Below are positions 11,037 through 22,564 of a stretch of DNA of 64,000 nucleotides, piece by piece. How positions within the stretch are numbered: position 1 is the first letter of the stretch; each line of letters starts with the position of its first letter. Source of the stretch: Azolla caroliniana (lineage: Eukaryota > Plantae > Polypodiophyta); the NCBI GenBank assembly GCA_043228905.1, contig JBHGNT010000005.1, positions 20,460,001 to 20,524,000 on the forward strand, given 5' to 3'. A program made the position numbers and the translations under genes. Under the pieces are notes generated by a model. The model made no database searches and was not told where the DNA came from. It saw only the letters and a program-made list of their open reading frames with translations.

Positions 11037-12812
11037 TGTTGTATGTATGGCTGGACTAGCCTCAACACAGGTGTCTATCCGACACTTCTCCAAAGGGGTG
11101 GTAGGGATAGGATGTTAATACACGCGTATGATAATTACACTTAAGCACAGACGAAGACAAGATTAATCAGCATAAGCAAAACTATATTAATTCTTCGCCC
11201 TTTCATTACAAAACATCGGATCCTTTTATAGGCATCCGGCCAGATTACAATCGGTGTTCGGTAGGCAACCGTTAACCGAAACCGAATCGGTTCGGATCCG
11301 GATCGGTTACAACTACCGGATCCGTCCCTCCTAATAATTCTATTCCTATTTCTATATTTATCCGATCCGACCTTGCTTTCCCATTTGCCTTCTCTGACCG
11401 GCCAACACATGGCACGCCCGTGGGAAAGTGCATTGCACTTCGAACCCACAACCGGCTTCAGTCTTCCTCCAAATTATCAGGCAAACTCCGCTCCGAGGTT
11501 TCAAGTGTTGTTTTGCCTGTGCCGTCTCCGACGTCCGATTGGATTGGCTGTCTTTTCGCATCTTGCTGCTCCGACTCTGCTTGTACCGGTGGTACCGGTG
11601 TTTCTTCTGTATCCTGTCCGGGTCTGTCCTGCTCCACCTCCGTTCCGTTCCCGGTATCGCTCTCTCCGGTTTCCACTGGTTGTGTCCTTTCCTCCCCGGA
11701 TTCGGTACTTCTCTGTCTCCACTCTGCATCATCCCCGGCATCAACCTGCTCTTGCTCCGGAAGTTCTTCCTCGGGTAATTCTTGTCGGGGTGCATTGTTG
11801 GTTGGATCCTCTTCAGCCGGTCGCTCGCCCTCACTAATGGAGATTGGCGTTGTGTGTCCCTCGGCTTCCTGTCGCAGTCGGTCCTTCTCGTACCCTTCCA
11901 ATTCTAGTTGGGTTTCGAGCTGTCCGTCATCCAACCTCTCTACTAACCCTCGGATTTCCTTGAGATGCTCTTCTGCTAGAGCATAGAAATCCTCCGACAG
12001 TTCTTCCCGGATGTTGACGATACTTTCTTCGTCCATTTTATAGAACCCATCTCCGGTTTTCTTCCGATTCTCTGCATCAGCTCGGAGTATCTGCAGTTCA
12101 GCTGCCTGTTGTGCCCATTCCCTCCAGAGCTTCTCCGTGCTTTCATTTATGCTGGCCTGAGCTCGGGTACTCCAACTTGACATGATGAACTTAATTCGGC
12201 CAACCCCTGCTTTAGCCTGTTCCGAAGCTGCTTGTTTTTCCTTCCTTATCCGTTTGATGATGTCGGCCATTAACTGAGCTTGAGCTTCAGCGTCGACTTT
12301 TTGCTTGTCACAGGTACTCCGCCATTTATTGATTTCGAAAGTTGACTTCACTTTTTCCTCGTTCCAACTCTTTGTCAGCTCCCCTACTTTCTGCCGAAGT
12401 ACTTCCATCTCTTTTCTTTGTTCCGACGTCAAGGTCTTCTCCACCGATACTTCCTCCCTTGCTTTGGACAATTCCAAGCGGTTTTCCTTGAGCTGCTCTT
12501 TCAGCTTTTCTATCTGTCGGTCGTACGTTGCTGCCTGATTCTTGATGTCCGACGTGGCCTGTTTATAATCCTTACATAGTCGGTCGAATTCCTCCGTCTT
12601 CTGTTTTAGGCGTCGGTTCGCCTGATCTCGCAACCGATCATCCCGGTCCTTTTGTTGTCGGAGTTCCTCTCGCAACCTCTCGATTTCCTGCTCCATTCGT
12701 CGGCGCAGCCTATCTTTTTCCTTTTGTAGTGTCCCGTTTTCTTCTTGTAGTCGGTCATTGGTGGCTTTGCTTCGGCGAAGGCCTTCCTCCATTCGCCGTC
12801 TGTCGTCTTCTA
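11037..12812 (-). mobile_element. 5'-truncated LTR element: 3' LTR 11037-11407 plus internal coiled-coil ORF
   Basis: TGTTG...CAACA ends, with CCTATAAAAGG on the minus strand. It has the same tRNA-like motif beside the LTR as the element at 8195-11024. Confidence 0.7.
11458..12810 (-). CDS. N-terminally truncated ~450-aa coiled-coil protein with acidic low-complexity tail (LTR-element accessory ORF)
   Basis: Uninterrupted 1.35-kb frame, E/K/R/Q/L heptad-rich followed by an E/P/T/G-rich tail. The first ~16 codons of the track ORF come from the hAT subterminus. Confidence 0.6.
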   Translation of the reverse strand, partial: EDDRRRMEEGLRRSKATNDRLQEENGTLQKEKDRLRRRMEQEIERLREELRQQKDRDDRLRDQANRRLKQKTEEFDRLCKDYKQATSDIKNQAATYDRQIEKLKEQLKENRLELSKAREEVSVEKTLTSEQRKEMEVLRQKVGELTKSWNEEKVKSTFEINKWRSTCDKQKVDAEAQAQLMADIIKRIRKEKQAASEQAKAGVGRIKFIMSSWSTRAQASINESTEKLWREWAQQAAELQILRADAENRKKTGDGFYKMDEESIVNIREELSEDFYALAEEHLKEIRGLVERLDDGQLETQLELEGYEKDRLRQEAEGHTTPISISEGERPAEEDPTNNAPRQELPEEELPEQEQVDAGDDAEWRQRSTESGEERTQPVETGESDTGNGTEVEQDRPGQDTEETPVPPVQAESEQQDAKRQPIQSDVGDGTGKTTLETSERSLPDNLEED

Positions 12813-12990
12813 CGGTTTGAGCCGGTTTTGAAAGGCTCAAGCCAAACCAAGCTGAGCTCAAACCGTTTAGGTAGGCTCAAGCCTAAGCCGAGCCGCTAAG
12901 CCGTTTTAAGTTGGTTTGGCAAAACGGTTTAGGCTTGAGCCGAGTCGATGTCGATCCCTAGGTGCAACATTAGAGTGTTGATGGAAAACT

Positions 12991-13518
12991 TTCAAGAAAG
13001 TTATTTTCTTGTGCACAACAAAATGTTTTTTGGAACACATACCTTGTATAAGAATAAAAAACTTTAGGTCAAAGGAAAAACGATTTGATGATGAATGTCA
13101 TGAAACTTAGAAGTGCCTTGTGAGTTTCAATATAGTAAAGGATAACGAAAACGATAAGAAATATTTGCATTGAGTATATTAAACTTTCTTAAAGAAAGAG
13201 AATGAGATAGGAATTTAAAAATTTCTCCAAACAAGAGAAAAACCATATGCATATTCAAGAAACTCATTTTCTTGTGCGCAACAAAATGTTTTTTGGAACA
13301 CATTCCTTGTATAAGAATAAAAAACTATAGGTCAAAGGAAAAATGGTTCAATGATGAATGTCATGAAACTTAGAAGTGCCTAGTGAGTTTCTCTATATAG
13401 TGAAGGATAACAAAAACAATAAAAAATATTTGCATTGAGTACATTATACGTTTTCAAAGAAAGAGAATGAGATGGGAATTTAATAATTTCCCCAAACACA
13501 AGAAAAAGCATATGCATT
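12991..13518. repeat. Tandem duplication, 2 x ~263 bp
   Basis: TTCAAGAAA...TTTTCTTGTGC(A/G)CAACAAAATGTTTTTTGGAACAC recurs at 12991 and 13254. Confidence 0.9.
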
Positions 13519-13574
13519 TTCTAAATCAGAAATTCAAAAAGAAGTATTGTGTACAAATTAACAATAAATACTTT

Positions 13575-14400
13575 TCATTCTCATGACACATATACATGAA
13601 AAGTAGGCTCATCACGAAATCACGCCATGAAGTTGATGATAAAACAATCTATTGCACATACTTCAATTTTGTAGAAACTTGCATGAACATGAGAAGTATG
13701 TGATTTATATCTGAGTTCAATTTTATAGTTTAGGTAATATGGTCATCGTTGTCGTTGGGTTGTTTGAGTCTCTCTCTCTCTCTCTTTTCGTAAATCAATG
13801 TTTGTTATTAAAACAAGATGATAATACAACCCTTGCTATCTTCACTCTTCATAAATAGTGATATGTGTCATTCACATGACACATACATGAAAAGTAGGCT
13901 CATCACGAAATCACGCCATGAAGTTGATGATAAAACAATCTATTGCACATACTTCAATTTTGTAGAAACTTGCATGAACATGAGAAGCATGTGATTTATA
14001 TCTGAGTTCAATTTTATAGTGTAGGTAATATGGTCATCGTTGTCGTTGGGTTGTTTGAGTTTCTCTCTCTCTCTTTTCGTAAATCAATGTTTGTTATTAA
14101 AACAAGATGATAATACAACCCTTGCCTTCACTCTTCATAAATAGTGATATGTGTCATTCTCATGACACATATACATGGAAAGTAGGCTCATCACGAAATC
14201 ACGCCATGAAATTGATGATAAAACAATCTATTGCACATACTTCAATTTTGAAGAAACTGAAGCATGTGATTTATATCTGAGTTCAATTTTATAGTTTAGG
14301 TAATATGGTCATTGTTGTCGTTGGGTTGTTTGAGTCTCTCTCTCTCTCTCTCTTTTCATAAATCAATGTTTGCTATCTTCACTTTTCATAAATAGTGATA
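13575..14400. repeat. Tandem triplication, 3 x ~290 bp
   Basis: Units beginning TCATTC...CATGACAC...AGTAGGCTCATCACG start at about 13575, 13868 and 14154. The third unit has internal deletions. Confidence 0.9.
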
Positions 14401-14669
14401 GTACGAGGGAAACCCTCTCAAGTGTTATAAAACTAGATGGCATAAGTCCATCTCCTCTTGGGACAACGTCCCCATACAATATAGTTGTGAAAATTGCCAA
14501 ATCAACTTCCCATTCACCCTACGGAGTTGTTGTGTTACCCCATGAAGTCCATCAAACAAGAACCCATTTCTCATGGTCCAATTAAACCACATGCCCCAAT
14601 ACCTAAGGTAGTAAAAGACAACCTTATATGATGGTGTGGGCATAGCTTTATCTTCATCAATAAAAACTA

Positions 14670-16044
14670 AAACGATAAATATGCAGAAGCTAAACCGATC
14701 ACAACCGGCTCAGCCAGATAGCAACAGAAACTATAGAGAATGGAATACACAGAGTAGGTGAGTGAGTGAGTGAGAGAGAGAGAGAGAGCAAGACAACAAA
14801 AATCTATTTCAAAAACACTCTGCAAACACTCTATACATACAAATGTGCATCATAACACTTTTTATACAAGTCCTTAAAGGACTGATAGAAGTACTGACAA
14901 GTACTTCAATGCTCATATTGAGCTACTAACACTAAATCCTAGGAACATAACTATCTAGTAGACGAGGAGCATACGCCTCTAATAGCCTACCTGTTTCCAC
15001 ACGGGCCCGGTTCTCTATTCTGGACACCGATCCGGCTCTTCGTTCCGAATACCGATACGAACACTGACACGGTTCCATGTTTCGGATTACAATCCGGCTC
15101 TGGCTTATTCAGCCAATCTGGATCATGTTGAGCTTGTCCGCTCAACACTCCCCCTCAAGCCCAACTTGAGGTCAGATCATGGTGTCTATCGTTGTTGGTC
15201 CTTACTTCCGGCTTCTCCTAGCGTCTTCATGCCTAGCTCGTGCTCCGATAACGCTTTCCACGACCCCTCCAGTTCAACGCACCTCGACCTTCTTGGTCGG
15301 CTTGTCTGCACAAAAGGCCCATCTCAACACCTTTGATGTTGTGACTTCAGCGCTTCTTGACCCATCAACTTCTCAGTTTTGATGTTGACTTCCGTTGCCC
15401 TCTCGTCCGCTTGGCCTTCAATTGATTTGGTTCCTCCAAATTGAACATTTCGACCGAATTGACTGCCTCCGATTCATTCCCGCTCTTGTCTGAATTGGAT
15501 GTCTCCAATTCTTCCTCGATCTTCAGGCCCTTCACCACATCAGACCATGTCCGAGTCTTGGTCTTCATTTTCCGGTTGACTCTTTCCTTCTTGACTCTGC
15601 CGCCATAGCCACTCGTTCTGACTCTATCGGATGTTTCTTTAATCGACTCGGCTCCCTTTTTCTCACCTGCTCCCCCGGTGCCTTTACATGTTCTCCCTGT
15701 TCCTGTATTTGTTCTCCCCCTCAAGTTAGGCATGTCGAGGTGTTGTAAACCGAGTGCACTCGAGAACTATCGTAACTTGTCGAGACCAAAGGGTTTGGTG
15801 AAGATATGCCAATACGTCGGAACATACACAAGTTCCACTTCACCGGAGAGGACTCGCTCACAAACAAAATGATAGTGCACCTCAATGTGCTTGGTCCGGG
15901 TATGGAAGACAGGGGGGTTCTTTGCCAAATGGATATTGCTAAAGTTGTTGCAATAGATCGTTGTCGAATCGAACACCTCCAGCCACTTGAGCCATATGGC
16001 TTCGCATGTTGCGACAACCACTCCTATATACTCGGCCTCCATTC
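14670..16044 (-). mobile_element. Ty1/copia 3' fragment (RNase H, 3' extension, PPT 15148-15159, 3' LTR ~14670-15147) related to Copia-B
   Basis: EAEYIG...TCEAIWLK...VFHTRTKHIEVHYHFV. The LTR begins TGTTGAGCGGACAAGCTCAAC on the minus strand. The left LTR boundary is approximate. Confidence 0.85.
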
Positions 16045-16579
16045 AGTCGGCCACACCAGATACTTGCTCTCCGAGCCATTTTAACCATTGGGGGCATGTC
16101 CCGTGTTGTGTTAGGACAACAAACTGTTGCCTTGGCTCCGGTCTTGGTTCATGCTCCTTCCGGAGCCATTGGGTCAACTCTTCTAGTGTCTGCTCCAGAC
16201 GACATTCATCGTGTTGCAATGTTTGAAGACCTGGTGGGGTAAGTTCCTCTATAGCCGGTTCTTGTTGAACCGTTGTCACCACTTCTATTCCTATTACTGA
16301 CTCTTCTTTTGTTCTGTGTCGCGCTTCCTTGGGCGATGTTGAAGGGCTTCGGTTGGTTCATCTTCAGCCTCTTCCTCTGCGGTTTCTTGGTTCACCCTCC
16401 GGACCGGGTCATCCTTGTCCTTGTCCTTGTCTTGCTGGTGCAACTTGATTTTGATTGGTTCGGTTGTTTTCTCTAGAACTGGCTCCACCGGCTCCTACTC
16501 TTGAGTCGTTTATACTTCCTCCTGAGGTGATTCCCCTGCCGTCCATCCGGGGTTGTGTTTTGACAGGAGTTGTTGTCGT

Positions 16580-19035
16580 TGTCACAGACACCCCAACCCT
16601 AGACTACGGCGGAGCACGAATGACGAGGCTACGACCGATAAGGTTATGAACGTGGAACTCAACGTGACGAGGCTAGAAACTCACGAAGTTGGGAGCGACG
16701 AGATGAGGAACTTAAGACGCTAGGAACAATACAAGAGCATAAAGACAGAGATGTAATCAAGGAGAGAAGATTGGGCTAAACAAGAATACTAGATTAATGT
16801 GTCAGTGACTAGTGTTGAATCCCTTGAAAGGGACCACGAAGGTTACAAGTATTTATATTGTAAGTTGAAGTACATGCATTTGAATATTTTGAAGAATATT
16901 CTAGAACCTTCTAGAACCTTAGAACTTTCTAGAACATTGTATATGTCTAGAGAGTATACCTAGATCATGTACATCTTATACAATGATATGTAGATCAAAT
17001 ATATTTTATACAATGCTCATATGAAGATGGTTGACCATGATGTATTGTTCATGTGAGGTTGTAAGTTCAATCCTCACCAACTAGATATATTTTTGTATTG
17101 TGACATTATCCTCCCCTTTACGTCCGCCTAATATATTTTATGTCATTGTATTGTGTAGTGTAGGGGTGAGCAGAGACTGGAACACCAACCGGCATGAGCG
17201 ACCATGTGCGGTTCTCACCGGAGACTAGAACATCAACTAACGTGAGTGACCATGTGCGGTCCTCACTGGAGACTAGAACACCAACGGGCATGAGCGACCA
17301 TATGCAGTCCTCATCGGAGACATGAACACCAACGGATGTGAGCGACCATGTATGGTCCACACCGGGAACTAGAACACCAACGGCCATGAGTGACCACGTG
17401 AGGTCCTCACCGGAAACTGGAACACCAATGGGCGTGAGCGACCATGTGTGGTTCTCACCGGGAACTGGAACACCAACGGGCATGAGTTCGGCCCATGCTT
17501 CGAGCGCCTAGATATGAATTGATGGATTCTGGGTCTGCTTGTATACTAATGGATTCGATGTTTTCTTGTTAATGTGGGATACCTTACAGCTATGTTCCCC
17601 CAATGTCTTCTCTAGCTTCATACACACATAACTTGATACAAAGTTGTTCGTTTCATACGTAGTAAAATGCGTTTGAAAGCTCTTGAAGACATCCATCTTT
17701 TCATACCAAGCCATTAAGCTAATCTAAAATAATTATTTCATTATTTTTCATATCGTGTGTGAAGAACCGCACGACATTAAGCCCCACCAAACCTGCACAT
17801 CCACCGGTATGTGCCAATTGTGGCGAGGCTCCTCTTTTGATTACTCTACTTCATCGATGGTCAAGACAAAATCTTCTAAAGCTTCGAATCCGATTTCCAT
17901 TCTGTCTCTTCTCTTGAAGATCTTGATTCTTTTCCCGGCAATTGATAGAGCAAGTGATCTACGATTTTACTCGGACGAAGTCGATGTCGTCTGTCGAAGT
18001 CTTTCTTGTTTTTCAGCCGTGCTTTAGCCACTATATTTTCCGATTTTTGTTCCAACTGTCGAATCCTCAATGCTAGTAGATCTTCTTTGCTTATCTCATC
18101 TCGCCACGGCAATGCCAGCCATGAAACAATATTTTGTTCCACTGGCATTATCGGCTTCTGTCCGAATATGTGCTCTGTTGGCATGTATCTCGTCACCGTG
18201 CTATGAGTAGTCCTGTTAACCCATAGTAATGGCAGTAGACGCGCCCATTCTCCTATCTCCCATGGTAAGCTTCCACTAGAGCCTTCACAATCGGTCCATG
18301 TCCACGTTCCACTTTCCCATTCGCTTCTGGATTATACGCCGTGGTAAGAGATAAATTGATTCCCATCCTGGAGAAGAATTCTCTAGCTTCATTGGCATTC
18401 AACTTGCCTCTATCAGCCACTATCTTGTCGACGCATCTATATATGCAAATAACGTCTTCAAGAAGGAATATGCATACTGATGATGTCTCCTTAGTTCTCA
18501 ATGCTCGCCCTTCAACTTGATTGGTAAGCTCCCCTCTCGTGAGCACAAGATACTTTATCTGTCATTGGCCCATTGGCATCATTACAATGTCCACCATCCA
18601 TTTGTATTGCATAGCCAACGAGTAAGTTGGATGAAGTTCATCTCGATGACGAACATTCGAAAACATCTAACATTCCTTACATGTTTCCACGTAAGCTGTT
18701 ACATTCTTGTAGATACCTGGCCACCAATATTTCTCCTTAAGCTTTGCGAATGTAGCCCATATTCCTCAATGACCTGCCCAAACACTATCATCAAATTCGG
18801 ACATCAGTTTTTGTTGATCTTCCAACTTGCAGACAACTCATTGGAGTTCCATTCTTCTTCTTTGCATGCCTCCAAACAGCTCCATCCTTAAGGAAATACT
18901 TGTACGCCTTCTTCCAAATTCGGTGGAAGTCTTCCATTGACCAGGATTCATCTCTTTAGAGAGAATTCAAGTATTTCCCGATCTCCACGAATTCGCCTTC
19001 GTAGTCCTCTTCTATAAAAGTAGTCAGCACCCGAG
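16580..19035 (-). mobile_element. Ty3/gypsy 3' fragment (integrase, PPT, ~1.2-kb 3' LTR 16580-17776) of the same lineage as 44088-51167
   Basis: LTNQVEGRAL, SLTTAYNPEANGKVERGHGPIVKAL and GQKPIMPVEQ motifs. The LTR end CACGACA at 17770-17776 is followed by the PPT complement CCCCACCAAACC. The left end could be 16574 or 16580. Confidence 0.85.
17173..17486. repeat. 48-bp minisatellite, ~6.5 copies, inside LTR U3
   Basis: Units G(A/G)RACTRGAACACCAAC...GAGYGACCAYGTG..GT.CTCACCG start at 17173, 17221, 17269, 17317, 17365, 17413 and 17461. Confidence 0.92.
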
Positions 19036-19606
19036 TGTAGGAATCGGAAGGGCCGGAATGGTTTTGGAATGGTTCGTAATGGTTCGTAACGACCAAACAA
19101 CTCGGAATGGTCGGAATGGTCGGGGCAATCCGTAGTGCAAGGGCTGAAGTTTAAGGACCATCACATGTGGGACACATGCAACTGAACATGGAGGCCATGC
19201 AACTAAAGTATTTACGCCATGTGGGACACATGTAACTGGGTTGGAGATGCAAACTAAAGCTCCTTCATGGAAGACAAATATCTTCAGGTGGGAAAAAAAT
19301 CCTAACCCTAAATTTTCTTTTCAAAGCCATATCACTCAAAAAACCCTAACCCTAATTTTTCTTATCTAAGCCATATCTCATAAACCCTAACCCGAATTTC
19401 TAAATAAAAATCCACAAAACCCTAATTTGTTAATCTGTTAATCTCGTAGGCCTAAAACTTCTGTATTCCAATCTTGGGATAGATTGTAATTTTTCTTTTC
19501 TTTGCTAATGAAAATTACCAAACTTTCTCATTTTCGTTAATTCATAAAACATAAACGCACGAATATGCTATCCTCTAGTCGAAGGCCCGGGGATCCTCCC
19601 TCAAGT

Positions 19607-22196
19607 TCACGTATCTTTGTCATATTTTCGCGACAATGCCTCAGCCCAAAATGTCTTCCGTAACTTTGCATGTGCAAGCATACTTCGGACCCTCTCCATT
19701 ACGGTCTGGTTCATTCTCTCGGCCAACCCGTTAAGCTCTAGCGTCTTCGGCACGGTATACTCGAGCCAAATTCCCTGTGCTGGATAATATTCTTCGAATG
19801 GTCTGCAGTACTCTCCGCCATTGTCTGCTCGTACTATCCTCAACTTTCGTTTGGTTTCTCTCTCGGCCCTCGCTTGGAACTCTTTGAAGACGAATAATAC
19901 TTGATCCTTCATCTTTAGCATGAAAGCCCACAACTTCCAGCTACAGTCGTTTATGAAGGTCACGAAATACTCTAACCCAGCATGAGATTTCGGGTCCACC
20001 TAGTGTTGGCCAGTTGTGTTTGTGGCTAGTCCAGCCCAGGATAAAGACGTAGCATATGTCCGTATGCACGAGTTCCAACGGCATTTTCTTCCTCATCAGG
20101 GGCCTTGATTGGAACGAGGTTCGAATTTGTTTGCCGGCTAGGCAATCGGCACACTTATCCAGATGCACATTCTTTACCTCCGGTAGGAGTTCCTTTTCGG
20201 TTAGCATCTGCATTCCCTTCTGGCTCATGTGGCATTGCCTCTTGTGCCACAACTAAACGGTTGTGTTGACTACCACGTTTACTTCCCCTCAACATAATCG
20301 AGCATTCATTATGTACAATGTGTTGGTTTTCTAGGCTCGGCTGGAGCCACGATCAGGCTCCCCTTCCAGATCTTCATGACGTCGTTCGGGATGCTACCCG
20401 TGTAGGCTTCATCATCCAGCCGACCGACTAATATTATATTTCATCTGACTTCCAAAACGTGTCGGACATCTCTTAGCACTAGTATGCACCCGGTCGATGT
20501 CATCAGACACATATCTCCTATGCCAACAATTCGACATGCTCCTTCATTTCCCATTTTACAAGGCCGTGGTATCCGGCCTTGTATGATGAGAAGCACTTTT
20601 GATCGGGGGTTAGGTGAAAAGACGCACTCGAATTGACCACCCATCTTTATTCTTCGCTGACAAGATTGACCTCATTTTGTTCACTGATGAACAACAACTC
20701 CTCTTCACTTGCGGCGATTGCTAAGGTGTTCTTTCTGTCCGGTATTTTCTTTGGCTCTACACCATCAGCTCCTCCTTTCTCCTTTCGAAAGTGTCAGCAA
20801 TTCTTTTGGAAGTGCCCCAACTTCCCACAATAGAATCACGTGGGCCTTCCCCTCGACTTCGACCTTTTCCCCGACTTGTCTCGATTCTAGGGACTTCGAT
20901 TTCGGCCACTTCCTCGATTCGTGTCACTTTCCGCGAGGAGCGCCTTCAAATCAGTGTTGGACTCTCGGTCCTTCCGGCGAGCTTCTTCATTCAACAAGCT
21001 CGACTTCACCTGCTCTAGGGATAAGTGTTTCCCTTGTGGTCCCGCATTGCCCAATGTAACAACAAGCATTTCCTAGCTGTTCGGAAGGGATCCCAACAAC
21101 AGTCTAATACCTCGGCGGCAAGAGGTACTTCTGGAGAGGTGGTTTGATTCATCAGTCCTTGGAAGGCATTAATGTGCTCTGCCATGCTAGAACCTTTTCG
21201 ATACTGGAGTCTTACTATTTTTCTGAAAACGAAGACTCTCATCATGACGTTCTTGTTCTCAAACATTACACCAATCTTCTTCTTGGACCAAAGGACGTCG
21301 GCACTCGTCTCTTCATCAAATTTGTTGTATAGAATCATGTCTATAAACAGCTTATATATGCTTCCGCCTTCAGATGCATGAGTTCCCAAGTCGATGCATC
21401 GATCTTGTCTGGCCTTTTATGTCTGAACTGCACCGGCAACTAGAGTTCTTTGCACACTAGTATGTCTCTCATCTTCGACTTCCACACTAGAACATGCCGC
21501 CGAATGAATCTTCCATTGCTTTGATACCACTTTGTTAGGATCATGACCGGCCACAACCGGTTATGCTCTCGAATATGTGTTCGGATGCAAAGAGATATAG
21601 AGATAAAATGTTTAACGTGGAAAACTCAAATCGGGAAAAACCACGTGGAGTCCTCGAACTCCAAACTGGATTACAATAATAAGGAGTACAATAAGTTACT
21701 CAGACGCAACGACCTCAAGATCTTCTTCGTTTGACAGAACGCTACTAAGTTACTACTCTCACCCTCTCTCTCTTACTCTTAGTTACAACGGCAACCAACT
21801 TTAGTGTAACTTTTCAACAATGATCATACACCTTGGAGTTTGCTCTAGTTGTTTATATACTAAAACAACTTTCTAGCTATTTACAAGTATAGCCCATAAA
21901 GGGCACATTTGAACTATTTACATATATGGTCTCCCGATTTCGGTTTCAATTTTCAATCTCAGCCTCGGTTGAATTCCATCCGATTTGGTTTTTACTCTTC
22001 TTCTCATCTGGGGACCTGTTTTCCCAACATATTACGCCAACCGACGTCTCTCGGCCGCTAAAAATAACTATTAGACTATGGAGGGAGAAGCTCTCGGGAT
22101 GATTTACAATATAACCAAGTTTTGACATTATCAACTGGGCCGAAAATGCACTTTTCATGTCGACCACTCGGCTCTCCTTTACTTAGTCATGAAACA
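19607..22196 (-). mobile_element. Ty1/copia (Tork/Tnt1-like) 5' fragment: LTR from 21533, PBS 21518-21529, degenerate gag-PR-IN
   Basis: PBS TGGTATCAAAGC. Motifs VKSSLLNEEARR, KMGNEGACRIVGIG, WHKRQCHMSQKGM, ELVHTDIC, RADNGGEY and NGLAERMNQT. The far LTR end is approximate. Confidence 0.85.
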
Positions 22197-22199
22197 ATC

Positions 22200-22564
22200 C
22201 CTTATGGGATATTACTAGCTCGTTGGATGTTGTGACTATAGGAATTTGAGTTTGACATCCATTATCGACCAAGGGTACAACATGCTATGGTCGACTACCT
22301 TAGTCGCCTCGAGTCAGGAGAGCTAGTCGATGGCGTCCTCGACAATCTTCCAGATGCAGACATACAACTCCTCCCAATCCGGCTTCCGATTAAAGACAAG
22401 TGGATAGGTGAGATGGTGCAATTTCTCAACACCGACCTCCCACCTGTGCACTGATACTCAATGAGAAGTAAAGTAACTGGCCATCCGAAGTCAAAACTTC
22501 TGCTTACTTCACGACACCTTATACCACAAGGACGTAGACTACATATGGCACCGAGCAGTTCGAC
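22200..22564 (+). mobile_element. Short degenerate Ty3/gypsy RNase H fragment (non-chromovirus type)
   Basis: Reads LARWML*L*EFEFDIHYRPRVQHAMVDYLSRLESGE. Confidence 0.65.

Larger units (their letters stand above)
7769..12960. mobile_element. Non-autonomous hAT-like DNA transposon containing nested LTR elements
   Basis: Perfect 12-bp TIR TAGGGATCGACA (7769-7780) / TGTCGATCCCTA (12949-12960). The 8-bp flanks GGTGAAAT/GGTGCAAC match 6/8. Both subterminal regions are rich in AAACC(G)/GGTTT. Confidence 0.8.

Noticed and set aside
16045-16579. E/Q/P-rich ORF fragments as a gene
   Set aside because: Short, frameshifted and without recognisable motifs. Probably a TE accessory remnant, but this cannot be supported from sequence alone.
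17173-17486. CRISPR-like regular repeats
   Set aside because: Head-to-tail units without unique spacers, in a eukaryotic LTR context.
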